From an uncultured Gemmatimonadaceae bacterium (lineage in GTDB: Bacteria > Gemmatimonadota > Gemmatimonadetes > Gemmatimonadales > Gemmatimonadaceae): a DNA stretch of 64,000 nucleotides. Shown here piece by piece: positions 22,538-34,131 of the stretch (position 1 is its first letter; each line of letters opens with the position of its first letter). The DNA is taken from positions 1-64,000 of the forward strand of contig CAVVTZ010000005.1 in the NCBI GenBank assembly GCA_963751275.1, written 5' to 3'. The notes beneath the pieces are model-generated. The model saw nothing but the letters and a program-made list of their open reading frames with translations, had not been told where the DNA came from and did no database searches. Both the position numbers and the translations under genes were made by a program.

Positions 22538-23877
22538 CCGGCCATTGGCAGCGCCGCGCGCGCCGCGACCGGCGCGCCGGTGAAGGTGGATCCGGTGGTG
22601 CCGGTGAGTTCCACGGTCAGATAGCTCCCGATGAGCGAGACATCCCCCGGCACGAGCACGGTCTGGTGTCGACGCGTGCGCCCCTGGAGCAGGCCGCCGC
22701 GCCGCGCGCCCTTCTCGATCAGCACTTCGTGCCGCGTGCCGAGCAGCGCGCGGTTGCGGGCGCGCGTCAGTTCACGTTGCAGGGCGATCAGGCGCTCGAG
22801 GCGCTCGCTCGCCACGTCGTCGCTCACGGCCAGCGACGCCGGCAGCCGCTCGGCCGGCGTCCCTTCGCGCATTGAGAACTTGAACGTGTACGCGTCGTCG
22901 AAGGCGAGCGCGCGCACGGCCGACAGCGTCTCCTCGAAATCCTCCTCGGTCTCGCCCGGGAAGCCGACGATGATGTCGGTGCGTCAGCGCGACGCCGGGG
23001 ATGGCCGCGCGCAGCCGCTCCGCGCACGCGACATACTGCTCGCGCGTGTAGCGGCGGAGCATCCGCTTCAACGTGCGCGTCGCTGCCGCGTCTGCATCGG
23101 GAGATGCACGTGCTCGCACACCGCCGGCGTCTCCGCCATCGCGGCGATCACGCGACTCGCAGAAATCGTTCGGATGCGGGCTGGTGAAGCGCAGCCGGCG
23201 GATGCCGGGCACCGCGCCGACCGCGCGCAGCAGGTCGGCGAAATCGTGCTCGCCATCGGTGTACGAGTTCACCGTCTGGCCGAGCAGCGCGACCTCGCTG
23301 AGCCCCTGCGCGGCGACTCTCGCGGGTCTCGCGCACGACGTCGGCGAGGTGGCGGCTCCGCTCGGCGCCGCGCGTGTCGGCACGATGCAATACGTGCAGC
23401 GTAGTCGCAGCCGCGCTGCACCGGCATCCACGCGCTTCACGCCCTCGAAGCGGCGCGCGCTGAAAGTCCTCGTAGTGCTCCTCGATGTCGAACTCCATCG
23501 CGGTCGCACGCTCGTCCTTCGCGCGCGCCGTCGATCAGCGCGGGCAGCGCGCGATAGCCATCGGGGCCGATCACGAGATCGACATGCGGCGCGCGCTCGA
23601 GCAGCGCGGGGCCGAGTCGCTGCGCCATGCAGCCGGTGACGCCCAGCACGGTGTCCGCGGTCATGTACCGCTTGAGCTCGCCGATCCGCCCGAACACGCG
23701 CTGCTCGGCGTGGTCCCGGATGGCGCAGGTGTTCACGAGGATGACGTCCGCGCCCTCGGGTCCGTCCACGGCGACGAAGCCATCCTCCGCGAGGCGGCCG
23801 AGCATCAGCTCGGAATCGCTCACGTTCATCTGGCACCCGTAGGTCTCGATGTAGACCGTCCCGCCGCGCTCGCGCAT
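22534..23877 (-). CDS. miaB: tRNA i6A37 methylthiotransferase (several frameshifts)
   Basis: YIETYGCQMNVSDSE, NTCAIR, CTYCIVP, LLGQTVNSY, FTSPHP and a TRAM-like end. Confidence 0.9.
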
Positions 23878-23885
23878 GCGGATAG

Positions 23886-25139
23886 CTACTCCGTGCCGGT
23901 GCGGGCGAACAGAGCGCCACCCGCCGCCGCCCTCCAGCCGCGCCTGACGCGGGCGCCGCGGGGAGCATGGTGTCGCGCAGCTCGCACTGTGAGGTGATCC
24001 TCGGTGAGTCCCGTCGCGCTCGCGCGCGCCGCCGAGCACGACGACATCGGCCGTGCCGCCGGCGCGCGCCGCCCGGTGCGCCGCGGCCTTCTCGCTCGCC
24101 GAGCACTCGCAGTTCCGCGGCGCGCGCGCGCGACGGTCGCGCGCGGCACAGCGGCGCCCATCCGCACGGCGGCCGTGCCCGGCCGCTCCGAGTACGGGAA
24201 GACGTGCAGCACGGTGAACGGCAGTCGCGCGACCAACGCGAGCGTGGCGGCGTGGTCCGTCGTCGCTCTCGCCCGGAAATCCGGCGATCACGTCGGCCCC
24301 CAGCCGAGCAGGGGCGCGCGCGCCGCGAGCCGCTCGACTGCGGCGGCGTAGCTCGCGGCGGTGTACCAGTGCCGCCCCATCCGGCGCAGCACGCGGTCGC
24401 AGCCGGACTGCAGCGGCGCGTGCAAGTGCAGGGCGTCACGCGCCGCGCATCGCCCGCCAGCAGGTCGGCAAGCCGGTCGTCCACTTCGGTCGCTTCCACC
24501 GAGGAGAGGCGGAAGCGCACCGACGGGACGCGCGCGACGAGTCGCCTCGAGGAGCGCGCCGAGCGATGACGCAATGTCCTCGCCGTACGCCCGATGTGGA
24601 TCCCCGTGATCACGATCTCCGGGTGTTCCGCGGCAAGGGCGCGCCGCCTCGGCACGATCTCGTCCGCGGATCGCGAGCGGCTCGCGCCGCGCGCAAGCGT
24701 CGTCGCGCAGAACGTGCAGTGCTCGTCGCAGCCGTCCTGAATGCGCAGCAGCGCGCGCGAGCCGGTTTGCAACGCCGGGCGCGCGGAGCGCGCAGCGTCG
24801 GGTGCGAGGCCCAGCGCCAGCGCGAGCGCGGGAGATCGGCGCACCGCCGATGACGTCGCTCACGCCGGGGAGCGCGGCGATCGTCACCGTCGTCGCGCGC
24901 GGACGGCGCAGCCGATGACGACCGTCCGCAGCGCCGGATTCGCCTTGGCCGCACGGCGAACGTCCTGCCGCAGGTCGGCCACCGCGGCCGCCGTGACCGC
25001 GCAGGAATTGAAGAGCGCGACGTCCGCGCCTTCGTGCGGCGATCGATCTTACGCCGCCGCCGCCTCGATCATGGCGCGCGCGGCCTCCGTGTCGTACTGG
25101 TTGGCGCGGCAGCCGAACGTCGCGCAGGTAGACCTTCAT
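23886..25139 (-). CDS. mtaB: MtaB-like radical SAM methylthiotransferase (many frameshifts)
   Basis: TFGCRANQYD, NSCAVT, IQDGCDEHCTFC, EIVITGIHIG and HVFPYSERPGT. Confidence 0.8.
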
Positions 25140-26352
25140 GCGCGCACCGCGCCCGGCGCGATGAACTCGCCGGTGCGGTTCATCGCCCGCGGCGTTTCAG
25201 TCGGCACGATAGGCATTTGCACGTAAAACGTGCTCCCCTCGCCGTCCGCGCTTTTCACCCAGATGCGCCCGCCATGCGATTCCACGGCGAGCGGCAAAAG
25301 GTGAGCCCCAACCCCGAGCTTCGCACACGCGGCGCGTTCGCCGCGCGCACGCGCTCGAACTTCCGGAAAATGATTTCCTGGTATTCGCTCGGAATGCCGG
25401 GGCCATCGTCGGCGACGGTGATCAAGCATTCCGCTCGCATCCGGCTCCGCGCGCGAGCGCGAGCGTGCACCGCGTCCCGCCGTTGCGTCATCGCGTTCTG
25501 CACGAGGTTGCGACAGCACCCGCTTGAGCAGGACTTTGTCGGCCCGAAACACCGGCGCGTCGTCGGCCACTTCGACCGTCGCGGTCGCGCCCTCCTGCTT
25601 GAAGCGCAGCGCCCCATTCGTAGACGATCTCCGCGAGCAGCGCCGCCGGCGCGATCGGCTCGCGGTTGCAGCGTGATGCGTATGTTCCTCGATGCGCGCG
25701 ACCTCGAGCAGATCCTCGATCAGCGCGAGCAATTCCTCGGCGCGCGCTTCCGCATCGCCGAGCGCGCGCGCCTGCGGCTCCGTGAGCGCGCCGAAGTCGT
25801 TGTCGAGCACCATCTCGAGCGTCGCGAGCACGACGTCGAGCGGCGTCTTGAGATCGTGCACGATCATCTTCATGAGGTCGTCGCGCACCTTCTCGAGTTC
25901 GCGCAGCCGCGCGTAGCTCTCCTCGAGGGCGTCGGTCGCGAACTTCAGCCGCAGCAGCGCGCGCACGCGCGCGCTCAGCACCGGCGGTTGTGCGGCTTCG
26001 TGAGGAAATCGTCGCCGCCCGCCTCGATCGCCTTCACCCGGTCGCTCGTGTCGTTGAGCGCGGTCACGAAGATCACGGGGATGCGCGCCGTGCGCGCGTC
26101 GCGCTTGATCCGGCGGCACACTTCGAAGCCGGTGTCGCGCTCGTCGCAGTCGAGCGAGCCGGGCGGCATCGACACGTCCAGGATGCAGAGGTCGGGGCGC
26201 TGCGCTTGGCAGGCCGCGAGCGCGCCGGGACCGTCCACCGCGCTCACGACCCGATAGCCGAGCGTCGTGAGCTGCTCCTCGAGCGCGGCGACGTTCGCCG
26301 GCACATCATCCGCCACCAGAATGAGCGGCGAGCGCTCGGCGCGTCCGGTCAC
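25136..26352 (-). CDS. Hybrid response regulator-histidine kinase (REC-HisKA-HATPase; frameshifts)
   Basis: ILVADD...LDVSMP...DFLTKP, H-box VHDLKTPL, DDGPGIP and GLGLTFC. Confidence 0.85.
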
Positions 26353-26356
26353 GGGG

Positions 26357-27487
26357 CTACGGGCGGACGAGGATGCCGACGCTGAGGGTCCATGCGTGCT
26401 CCTGCACGGGCAGGTCGGCGGTGCGTGTCGAATGGAGGATCCCGATGTCGATGCGCGCGCGGTTCTGTGCGAGCGGAATGCCGCCGCCGAACGAGATCAC
26501 CTGCTCCTTCACGTTCTGCAAGTCGGCCTGGAAGGGGAGCCCGCGCATGCGGTACCCCACCCGCAGCGGTACGCCGCTCCCTTCGATCTCGCCGATCTTC
26601 ACTTCCGCGCCGATCCCGTAGTCCCACGTGTCCACCGCGAGAATCGAACTCTGCGCGAGGCCGTTCATTGCCGACCACTGCGTCCACTCCGCGTCCGCCG
26701 CGACGCTGACGCCGGGCAGACCCGCGTAGAGGACGCTGATCCCCGCGCGATCCGGCACGCGGGCGTTCGTGACGAGCGTGTCGTTCCGGCGCGCGTGCAT
26801 GACGCCGCCCAGTTCGCCGGAAAGCCCAATCGCCATTGTGGGCACCGGGCTCCAGGCGAGTCCCGCGCTCACCGCGGTGCCGGAGAGGTTCACGAAGGTC
26901 GTCTGCGTGAACGCCGCGAAGCTCGAATCGCCGAAGGTCTCGATGATGCCGAGCGACGTCTGCCCCGTGTAGAAGTGCAGCGCGGCGCCGAGGCGGAGCG
27001 TGTTCGTCAGCCGGTACGCGCCGGCGAAGCGCGCGTTCGTGAGCGCGCCCTTGGAGGAGAAGAGCTGGCGGTACGACACGCTGTCCCCGCCCTGCACCGG
27101 GTAGTAGCCGGAGATCTGGGTCTCCCAGGTGCGGTCGAGCACGTTCGAGAAGGAGATGCCGAAGATGAGCCGTTCATTCACCGCGAGCGCGCCGGCGAAG
27201 AGCGGAAACCGGATCAGCGTGGACTCCTGGCTCGACCCATTCGCGTCCACGGTGCGGAATTCGGGGCCGAACTGGCCGTACAACCCCGACCGCCCCCATG
27301 TAGTGAGCGCCGCCGGGTTCACCGCGCTGATCGGGTCCAGCTCGCTCACCGAGCCGCCCATCGCGAGCGCGCGCGTCGACAGCGGCCCCGCCGGATAGCC
27401 ATAGCCTTGCGCGCTCATCGTGCCCTGGGCGGTGACGCTCGCGGCGCCGGCGAGCAGGAGCACGGTGACGGTCCAGAAAGTTCGCAT
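26357..27487 (-). CDS. Outer-membrane beta-barrel protein, FadL/PorV-like N-terminus
   Basis: Signal peptide MRTFWTVTVLLLAG, then TRALAMGG...NPAAL. C-terminal alternating strand pattern. Confidence 0.7.
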   Translation of the reverse strand: MRTFWTVTVLLLAGAASVTAQGTMSAQGYGYPAGPLSTRALAMGGSVSELDPISAVNPAALTTWGRSGLYGQFGPEFRTVDANGSSQESTLIRFPLFAGALAVNERLIFGISFSNVLDRTWETQISGYYPVQGGDSVSYRQLFSSKGALTNARFAGAYRLTNTLRLGAALHFYTGQTSLGIIETFGDSSFAAFTQTTFVNLSGTAVSAGLAWSPVPTMAIGLSGELGGVMHARRNDTLVTNARVPDRAGISVLYAGLPGVSVAADAEWTQWSAMNGLAQSSILAVDTWDYGIGAEVKIGEIEGSGVPLRVGYRMRGLPFQADLQNVKEQVISFGGGIPLAQNRARIDIGILHSTRTADLPVQEHAWTLSVGILVRP

Positions 27488-28818
27488 CACGGAAGACCGA
27501 TCACAGAGTGCGGGACGTAGCTCACGTGGACGCGCGGCCGTTGTGCCGCAGACGCGGAGGGGCCGTAGAAGAGCAATTCTCGAGGTTCGATCCCCTCGGT
27601 GGCGAGCGCCAACACGATCGCGCGCTGCACCTGGCTCCCTTCGAGCCGCCAGAAACTGAACATGGTGAGGAACGCCGGCGTGTAGATCGGACCCACCCGA
27701 ACGAGCGAGAGCGTATCGACGCCGATCCCGAAGGGCGGCAGCGAGTCGGGGTGGAGATTCACGAGCGTCGGGCCACCAACGAGAACGGCCACCTTCGAGA
27801 TGTCGGTGACGCCCGGCGCCGCGGTGACGGGCAGCGCCGTCATCACGACCGAGTCGCTGTCCACCCGGAAACCGGCGAACGGCTGCTGGTACATGATGAG
27901 ATCGGCCCGCACGATGGTGGTCGACGAATCGATCAGCCACGAGGGGAACTTGAATCGCACGAGCACCCGGTTGCTCGGCAATCCGCCCACCGCGAGCACG
28001 CCGGGCGGATAGGGCGCCGTGCCCTGGAAACCCATCTGGTAATCCTGCATCGCGAGGATCGGCGGACCGAAGTTGTTGGCGCGCGCGTTGAGCAGCACCG
28101 CGACGCCCACCGGCAGCGTATCGATGAACCCACGGTACGTGAGCGCGCCCGCGAATCCGCTCGTGGCCGATCCCTCGGCCGATACGATCTGCAGGTTCAC
28201 CTTCTTCTTGCTCGACACCGAGACGCCGATGTTCACAGGCGTTCCGGAGAGCATCGACTGCGTGAACCACGCCGTGTCGAGCGGGATCTTCAAAATCCCC
28301 TGCACGGAATCGCGCGGCACTACGAGCGTGCCGATCGGCGTGCCGGAGAACTTCGAATGCACGACCGACGTGTCGAGGTACGGCACGTTCGCGTACACGT
28401 TGTAGGCGGTGAGGACGATCGTGTCCTGCACCTCGATGGTGTCGACCGAGCCCAGCACGTTCAGCGCGAGGTTCACCGAGTCCGCCGACGTGAACGGCAC
28501 CAGCGGGGCGGTCGAGTCGGCCTGGTACTTGCGCACGATGGAGTCGAAGCGGAAGACGCCCACCGAGACGACCGAATCGCCATTCTGCGCATAGCGCGCG
28601 AGCAGGACACTCGCTTCCGTGCCGATCGACGGGATCCCCGGCACCGTGACCATCGTGTCGATCACATCGGAGGCGAGGAAGGTCGTGTCGACGAACCCCA
28701 CCTGCTGCTCGGTGCACAGCAGCGGGCAAGCATTGCCGCCGTTCAGCTTCTCCTCGCACGCGCCCATCGCGAGCGTGGCGACCGCGAGGATCGCCAACGT
28801 CCTGGATCTATTCAGCAA
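27487..28818 (-). CDS. Hypothetical lipoprotein
   Basis: Lipobox-like LAMGAC, beta-rich body, TGATG overlap with the downstream barrel gene. Confidence 0.75.
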   Translation of the reverse strand: MLNRSRTLAILAVATLAMGACEEKLNGGNACPLLCTEQQVGFVDTTFLASDVIDTMVTVPGIPSIGTEASVLLARYAQNGDSVVSVGVFRFDSIVRKYQADSTAPLVPFTSADSVNLALNVLGSVDTIEVQDTIVLTAYNVYANVPYLDTSVVHSKFSGTPIGTLVVPRDSVQGILKIPLDTAWFTQSMLSGTPVNIGVSVSSKKKVNLQIVSAEGSATSGFAGALTYRGFIDTLPVGVAVLLNARANNFGPPILAMQDYQMGFQGTAPYPPGVLAVGGLPSNRVLVRFKFPSWLIDSSTTIVRADLIMYQQPFAGFRVDSDSVVMTALPVTAAPGVTDISKVAVLVGGPTLVNLHPDSLPPFGIGVDTLSLVRVGPIYTPAFLTMFSFWRLEGSQVQRAIVLALATEGIEPRELLFYGPSASAAQRPRVHVSYVPHSVIGLP

Positions 28819-28855
28819 GACAGTCTCTCCGGAACGAACGTGGTGTTGGCCGGGA

Positions 28856-29266
28856 TCACGCGCGACCCAGCGATGCGGCGGTGAACGGATGCGGGAGGAG
28901 CGCGGCGATCGTCCAACGCGCCTCCGCCCCGGCGGTGGTGCAGCTGATCACTTCGAGATCGGGCGCCAACTCCGCGAGCACCTGCCGGCAGATGCCGCAC
29001 GGCGGCGTCGGCGACGCCGCTTCGGTGACGATCACGATGCGCGCGAACTGCCGCGAACCCGATGCCACCGCCGCGGCCACCGCGCCCCGCTCCGCGCAGA
29101 TGCCCGCCGGCGAGCTCGCGTTCTCCACGTTGCAGCCCGCGAAGATGGAACCATCCCCCGCTTCCAACGCCGCGCCCACCCGGAAGCTGGAATACGGTGC
29201 ATACGCGGCGCGCATCGCTTTCGATGCCGCCTCACGCAACCGCTCCGTCCCCGCCGCAGCCGTCAT
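28856..29266 (-). CDS. cdd: Cytidine deaminase
   Basis: [25 protein letters not shown] and PCGICRQ. Confidence 0.95.
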   Translation of the reverse strand: MTAAAGTERLREAASKAMRAAYAPYSSFRVGAALEAGDGSIFAGCNVENASSPAGICAERGAVAAAVASGSRQFARIVIVTEAASPTPPCGICRQVLAELAPDLEVISCTTAGAEARWTIAALLPHPFTAASLGRA

Positions 29267-30431
29267 GCGCCCAGCAACTGCGGGAGGAACGATGTGCCGG
29301 TGCCGCGGAACGCGATGCCGAGCCACTCCCCCACCGTCGCGCCGAGATCCGCGAAGGTCGCGCGCTCGCCGAGCGAGCTCGCGCGCACGCGCTTCCCGAG
29401 CGCGAGCAACGGCACGCGCTCGCGCGCGTGGTCGCTCGTCGGAGTGGTGGGATCGTTCCCGTGATCGGCCGTGAGAAAGAGCAGGTCGTCCTCGCGAAGC
29501 AGCTGCACAAGCGATGGGAGGGCGCGGTCGAACGCGCGGAGTCCCTCATAGAACCCCGCTACGTCGTTCCGGTGCCCCCAGAGCTGGTCGAAATCTACTA
29601 GGTTGGCGAACAGGAACCCACTCTCCAGCGAAATCAGCGCCTCCGAGATCACCCGCACCCCCTCGGCGTTCGAGGCGGTGTGACGGGAGGTGATCCCGCG
29701 GCCCGCGAACAGGTCGTCCACCTTGCCGACGCCGGTACGCGGGATGCCGGCCGCCGCCAGCGCGTCGAGGAGTGTCTCGGCCGGTCGGCTCGATCGAGAA
29801 ATCCCGGCGGTTCGCGGTGCGCGCGTACGCGCCGGCCGCGCCCGTGAACGGCCGCGCGATGACCCGGAGACATCGTCGGGCGCCGTCAGCATCGCGCGGG
29901 CGGTCTCGCACGCCCGGTACAGCTCCGCCAGCGGCACGACCCCCTCGTGCGCCGCCACCTGGAAGACCGAATCGGCGGACGTATAGACGATCCACGCCCC
30001 GGTGCGCTCGTGCTCCGCGCCGAAGCGCTCGAGCACATCGGTGCCGCTCGCCGCGATGTTGCCGAGCACGCCGCGCCCGGTGCGCCGCGAGAACTCCGCG
30101 ATCACGGCCGCGCGGGAAACCGTTCGGGAAGGTCGGGAAAGGGGCGCTCGAGCTGGACGCCGGCGATCTCCCAGTGGCCGGTGGTGCTGTCCTTGCCGGG
30201 CGATCGCGGCTTCATGAGTCCCCAGGCACCCAGCGGATGCTCCACCGCCGGCACGCCCGGGAGCGGCTTGATCCGGCCGAGGCCGGCGGCGGCCAGATTG
30301 GGGAGGTCCAGCCCGCCCACGGCCCGCGCGATGTTGCCGAGCGTGTCGCTCCCCTGATCGCCGTACTGCGCGGCGTCCGGCGCCTCGCCGATGCCCACGC
30401 CGTCGAGCACGATGATCGCCGCGCGGCGCAC
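29263..30431 (-). CDS. deoB: Phosphopentomutase (frameshifts ~29780-30120)
   Basis: [45 protein letters not shown] and TADHGNDP. Confidence 0.93.
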
Positions 30432-31487
30432 TACGGCGCCCCGCGATAGCGGTGCTCGAGGCGCTGTCCCAGACCCGTGAGCAATTCATACGGCGACAGG
30501 TCACCGAGCGCGGCCGCGTCCTCGACGGTGATCAGGCTCGCGCCGTCGCGGCCGATGAGGGTCGCGACGTCGCCGATCGCGCAGGGCAGGCCGGTGACTC
30601 GAGCATCGTCATGTCCATCGTGACGATCCCCGCCACCGCGACGCGACGCCCGCCGAGCAGCGCCGCGCCGCGCCCGCTGAGCGAGCGACGGTAGCCGTCG
30701 GCGTATCCGATCGCGGCCGTCGCGATCGTGCGCTCGCCGCCGGCGCGCCACGTGGCGTCGTAGCTCACCGTGTCGCCCGCGCTCAGGGTGCGCAGGGCGA
30801 CGATGCGCGCGCGTAGGCTCACGACCGGCTCCGGGGCGACCTTCACCGCCAGGCCGCTGCCCACGCCGTAGAGGAAGATCCCCGGCCGCGCGTGCGTCCA
30901 CGGCGAACGGTCGCGCCGCGCGAGCGCCGCGGAATTCTCCACGTGCAGCATGCGCGGCCGCGCGCGGAGCGCCCCGAGCGCCTGCTCGAAGCGCCGTTCC
31001 TGTTCGACCACCGAAGCGGGTTCCGTCTCCGCGGAATGGAAATGCGTGTACGCGCCCTGCGGCGCGGACAGCGCCGTCTCCGCGGCGAGCGACGCCATCG
31101 CGTTCCACCGCACGCCGCACCGGCTCATGCCGGTGTCGATCGCAAGCTGCCAGTCGCCGCCGCCGGTGCCGCGCCACGCCGCGATATGCTGGGCGCGCGC
31201 GAGGATGGGCGTGAGGCGCGCGGCGCGCACGTCGTCGGTTCGCCCATGCACCGGCGTGAAGACGATCACCGGCCGGTCGATGCCGGCGTCGCGCAGCGCG
31301 CGTCCCTCCTCGACCGTGGCCACGCCAAATCCCCACGGATCGAGCCGCCTCGAGCGCGCGCGCCACGAGCACGGCGCCCAGCCCATAGGCGTCGGCCTTG
31401 ACCATGGGGAGGAGGCGGCACGCCCGCCGCCATCGCGGCGTCCATTGCGCACAACGCCCCGAGATCGACCTCGACCCAGGCGCGCAT
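30431..31487 (-). CDS. alr: Alanine racemase (frameshifts)
   Basis: RAWVEVDLGAL, MVKADAYGLG, IDTGMSR, GYADG and SPYELLTGL. Confidence 0.92.
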
Positions 31488-31553
31488 CGGACGTAGACCG
31501 CAGTGGCGCGGCCTCGACCGAGCCGGGTAGTATTGGGAACCCACGAGGAGCCA

Positions 31554-32385
31554 ATGCAAGACGAATCCTCGCTCGACCAGGCGCTCGCGCTGATGCGCGA
31601 CCTGCGCGCGCGCTGCGATTGGGACGCCGCGCAGACCCACGACACGCTGCGCCCCTATCTGCTGGAGGAGGCCCACGAGACTCGACGACGCGATCCGCGC
31701 CGCCGGAGACCGGCGCCGATGCGCGACGAGCTGGGCGACGTGCTGCTGCAGGTGCTCTTCCACTCGGTGATCGCCGAGGAACGGGGCGCGTTCAACGGCG
31801 CGGGGACGTCGCCGCGGCGCTGATCGCGAAGATGAAGGCGCGACATCCGCACCTGTACGCCGGCGGCGCGAAGCGAGCCGTGGGAGCAGATGAAGTCGAA
31901 GGCGACGCGCGTCGATCGCCGAGGGCCTGCCGCCGGGACTCACCCGCCCTGCACCGCGCGCACCGGCTGCAGGAGCGCGCCGCCGGCGTCGGCTTCGACT
32001 GGCCCGACACCGCGGGCCCGGTCGGACAAGGTGCGAGGAGGAGCTGCCGGAAGTGCGCGAGCACCTGGCCGCCATCCGCCGGCGCAGCGCAGCGACGGCG
32101 TGGACGCGTCGCCGGTGTCGACGACGCGCATCGCGCGCTGGAGTTGGAGATCGGCGACCTGCTCTTCGCCGTGCGTGAACCTGTGCGCGCAAGGCCGGCG
32201 TCCACGCGGCCGTCGCGCTCGACCGGGCGAACGAGAAGTTCGTGGCGACGATTCGAGGCGGTCGAAGCCCTGGCCGCCAGCGCGGGCCTCGCGATCGGCG
32301 AAGGCGGATCTCGCGGAGCTCGATGCGCTGTGGGACGAGGTGAAGCGCAGCGGATACGGCGGGAGCCGGTTGGCGGAACCGGTGA
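31554..32385 (+). CDS. mazG: Nucleoside triphosphate pyrophosphohydrolase (frameshifts; end approximate)
   Basis: [38 protein letters not shown] and [17 protein letters not shown]. Confidence 0.88.
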
Positions 32386-32454
32386 GGCACGACAACGCAT
32401 GGTGTACGACTGGCGGCGTGTCGTCACCAAGCGTTGTCATGCCGCACCGGTTCC
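32375..32454. repeat. Long imperfect inverted repeat (~35 bp arms, 9 nt loop)
   Basis: GGAACCGGTGAGGCACGACAACGCATGGTGTACGAC pairs with GTCGTCACCAAGCGTTGTCATGCCGCACCGGTTCC. Confidence 0.8.
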
Positions 32455-32480
32455 CGGCGATCGATTCCCGGCTCTGCAGT

Positions 32481-33801
<1,321 letters not shown>

Positions 33802-33813
33802 AGAGGGACGGGC

Positions 33814-33842
33814 AAGCTAATCCTCCGCGAGGGAGAGTTCAA
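33814..33842 (-). promoter_or_regulatory. sigma70-like promoter of asnS
   Basis: Minus strand TTGAAC, 17 nt, TAGCTT, 12 nt before ATG 33801. Confidence 0.5.
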
Positions 33843-33898
33843 CGTTTTCGAGGTTCGTCGCTTGGTCTGGATCCTCTTGGCACGGTATGGTCACTGCC

Positions 33899-34099
33899 AC
33901 TGCTTCCACGCGGATGGCGCGGAGTACGCTGATTACGCGGATCGATCCAGACCGCTCAGTAGGCCAGCGAGTGCGGCGCGAAATGCCGGATCCGTTGCGA
34001 ACAACACGAGCCTGAGCTCGCTCCGTCGCGATTGACGCCGTGCTGCGCTTCGATCGAACCGCGTGATCCGCGTCTCCGCGCAATCCGCGTGGAAGCAGT
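33899..34099. repeat. MITE/REP-like element with ~49 bp inverted arms built from CGCGGA(T) units
   Basis: 33899-33947 ACTGCTTCCACGCGGATGGCGCGGAGTACGCTGATTACGCGGATCGATC versus the reverse complement of 34052-34099, ACTGCTTCCACGCGGATTGCGCGGAGACGCGGATCACGCGGTTCGATC. Confidence 0.85.
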
Positions 34100-34131
34100 T
34101 GTTGTGAATGCTGCCGGCCACTCTGACGGGC

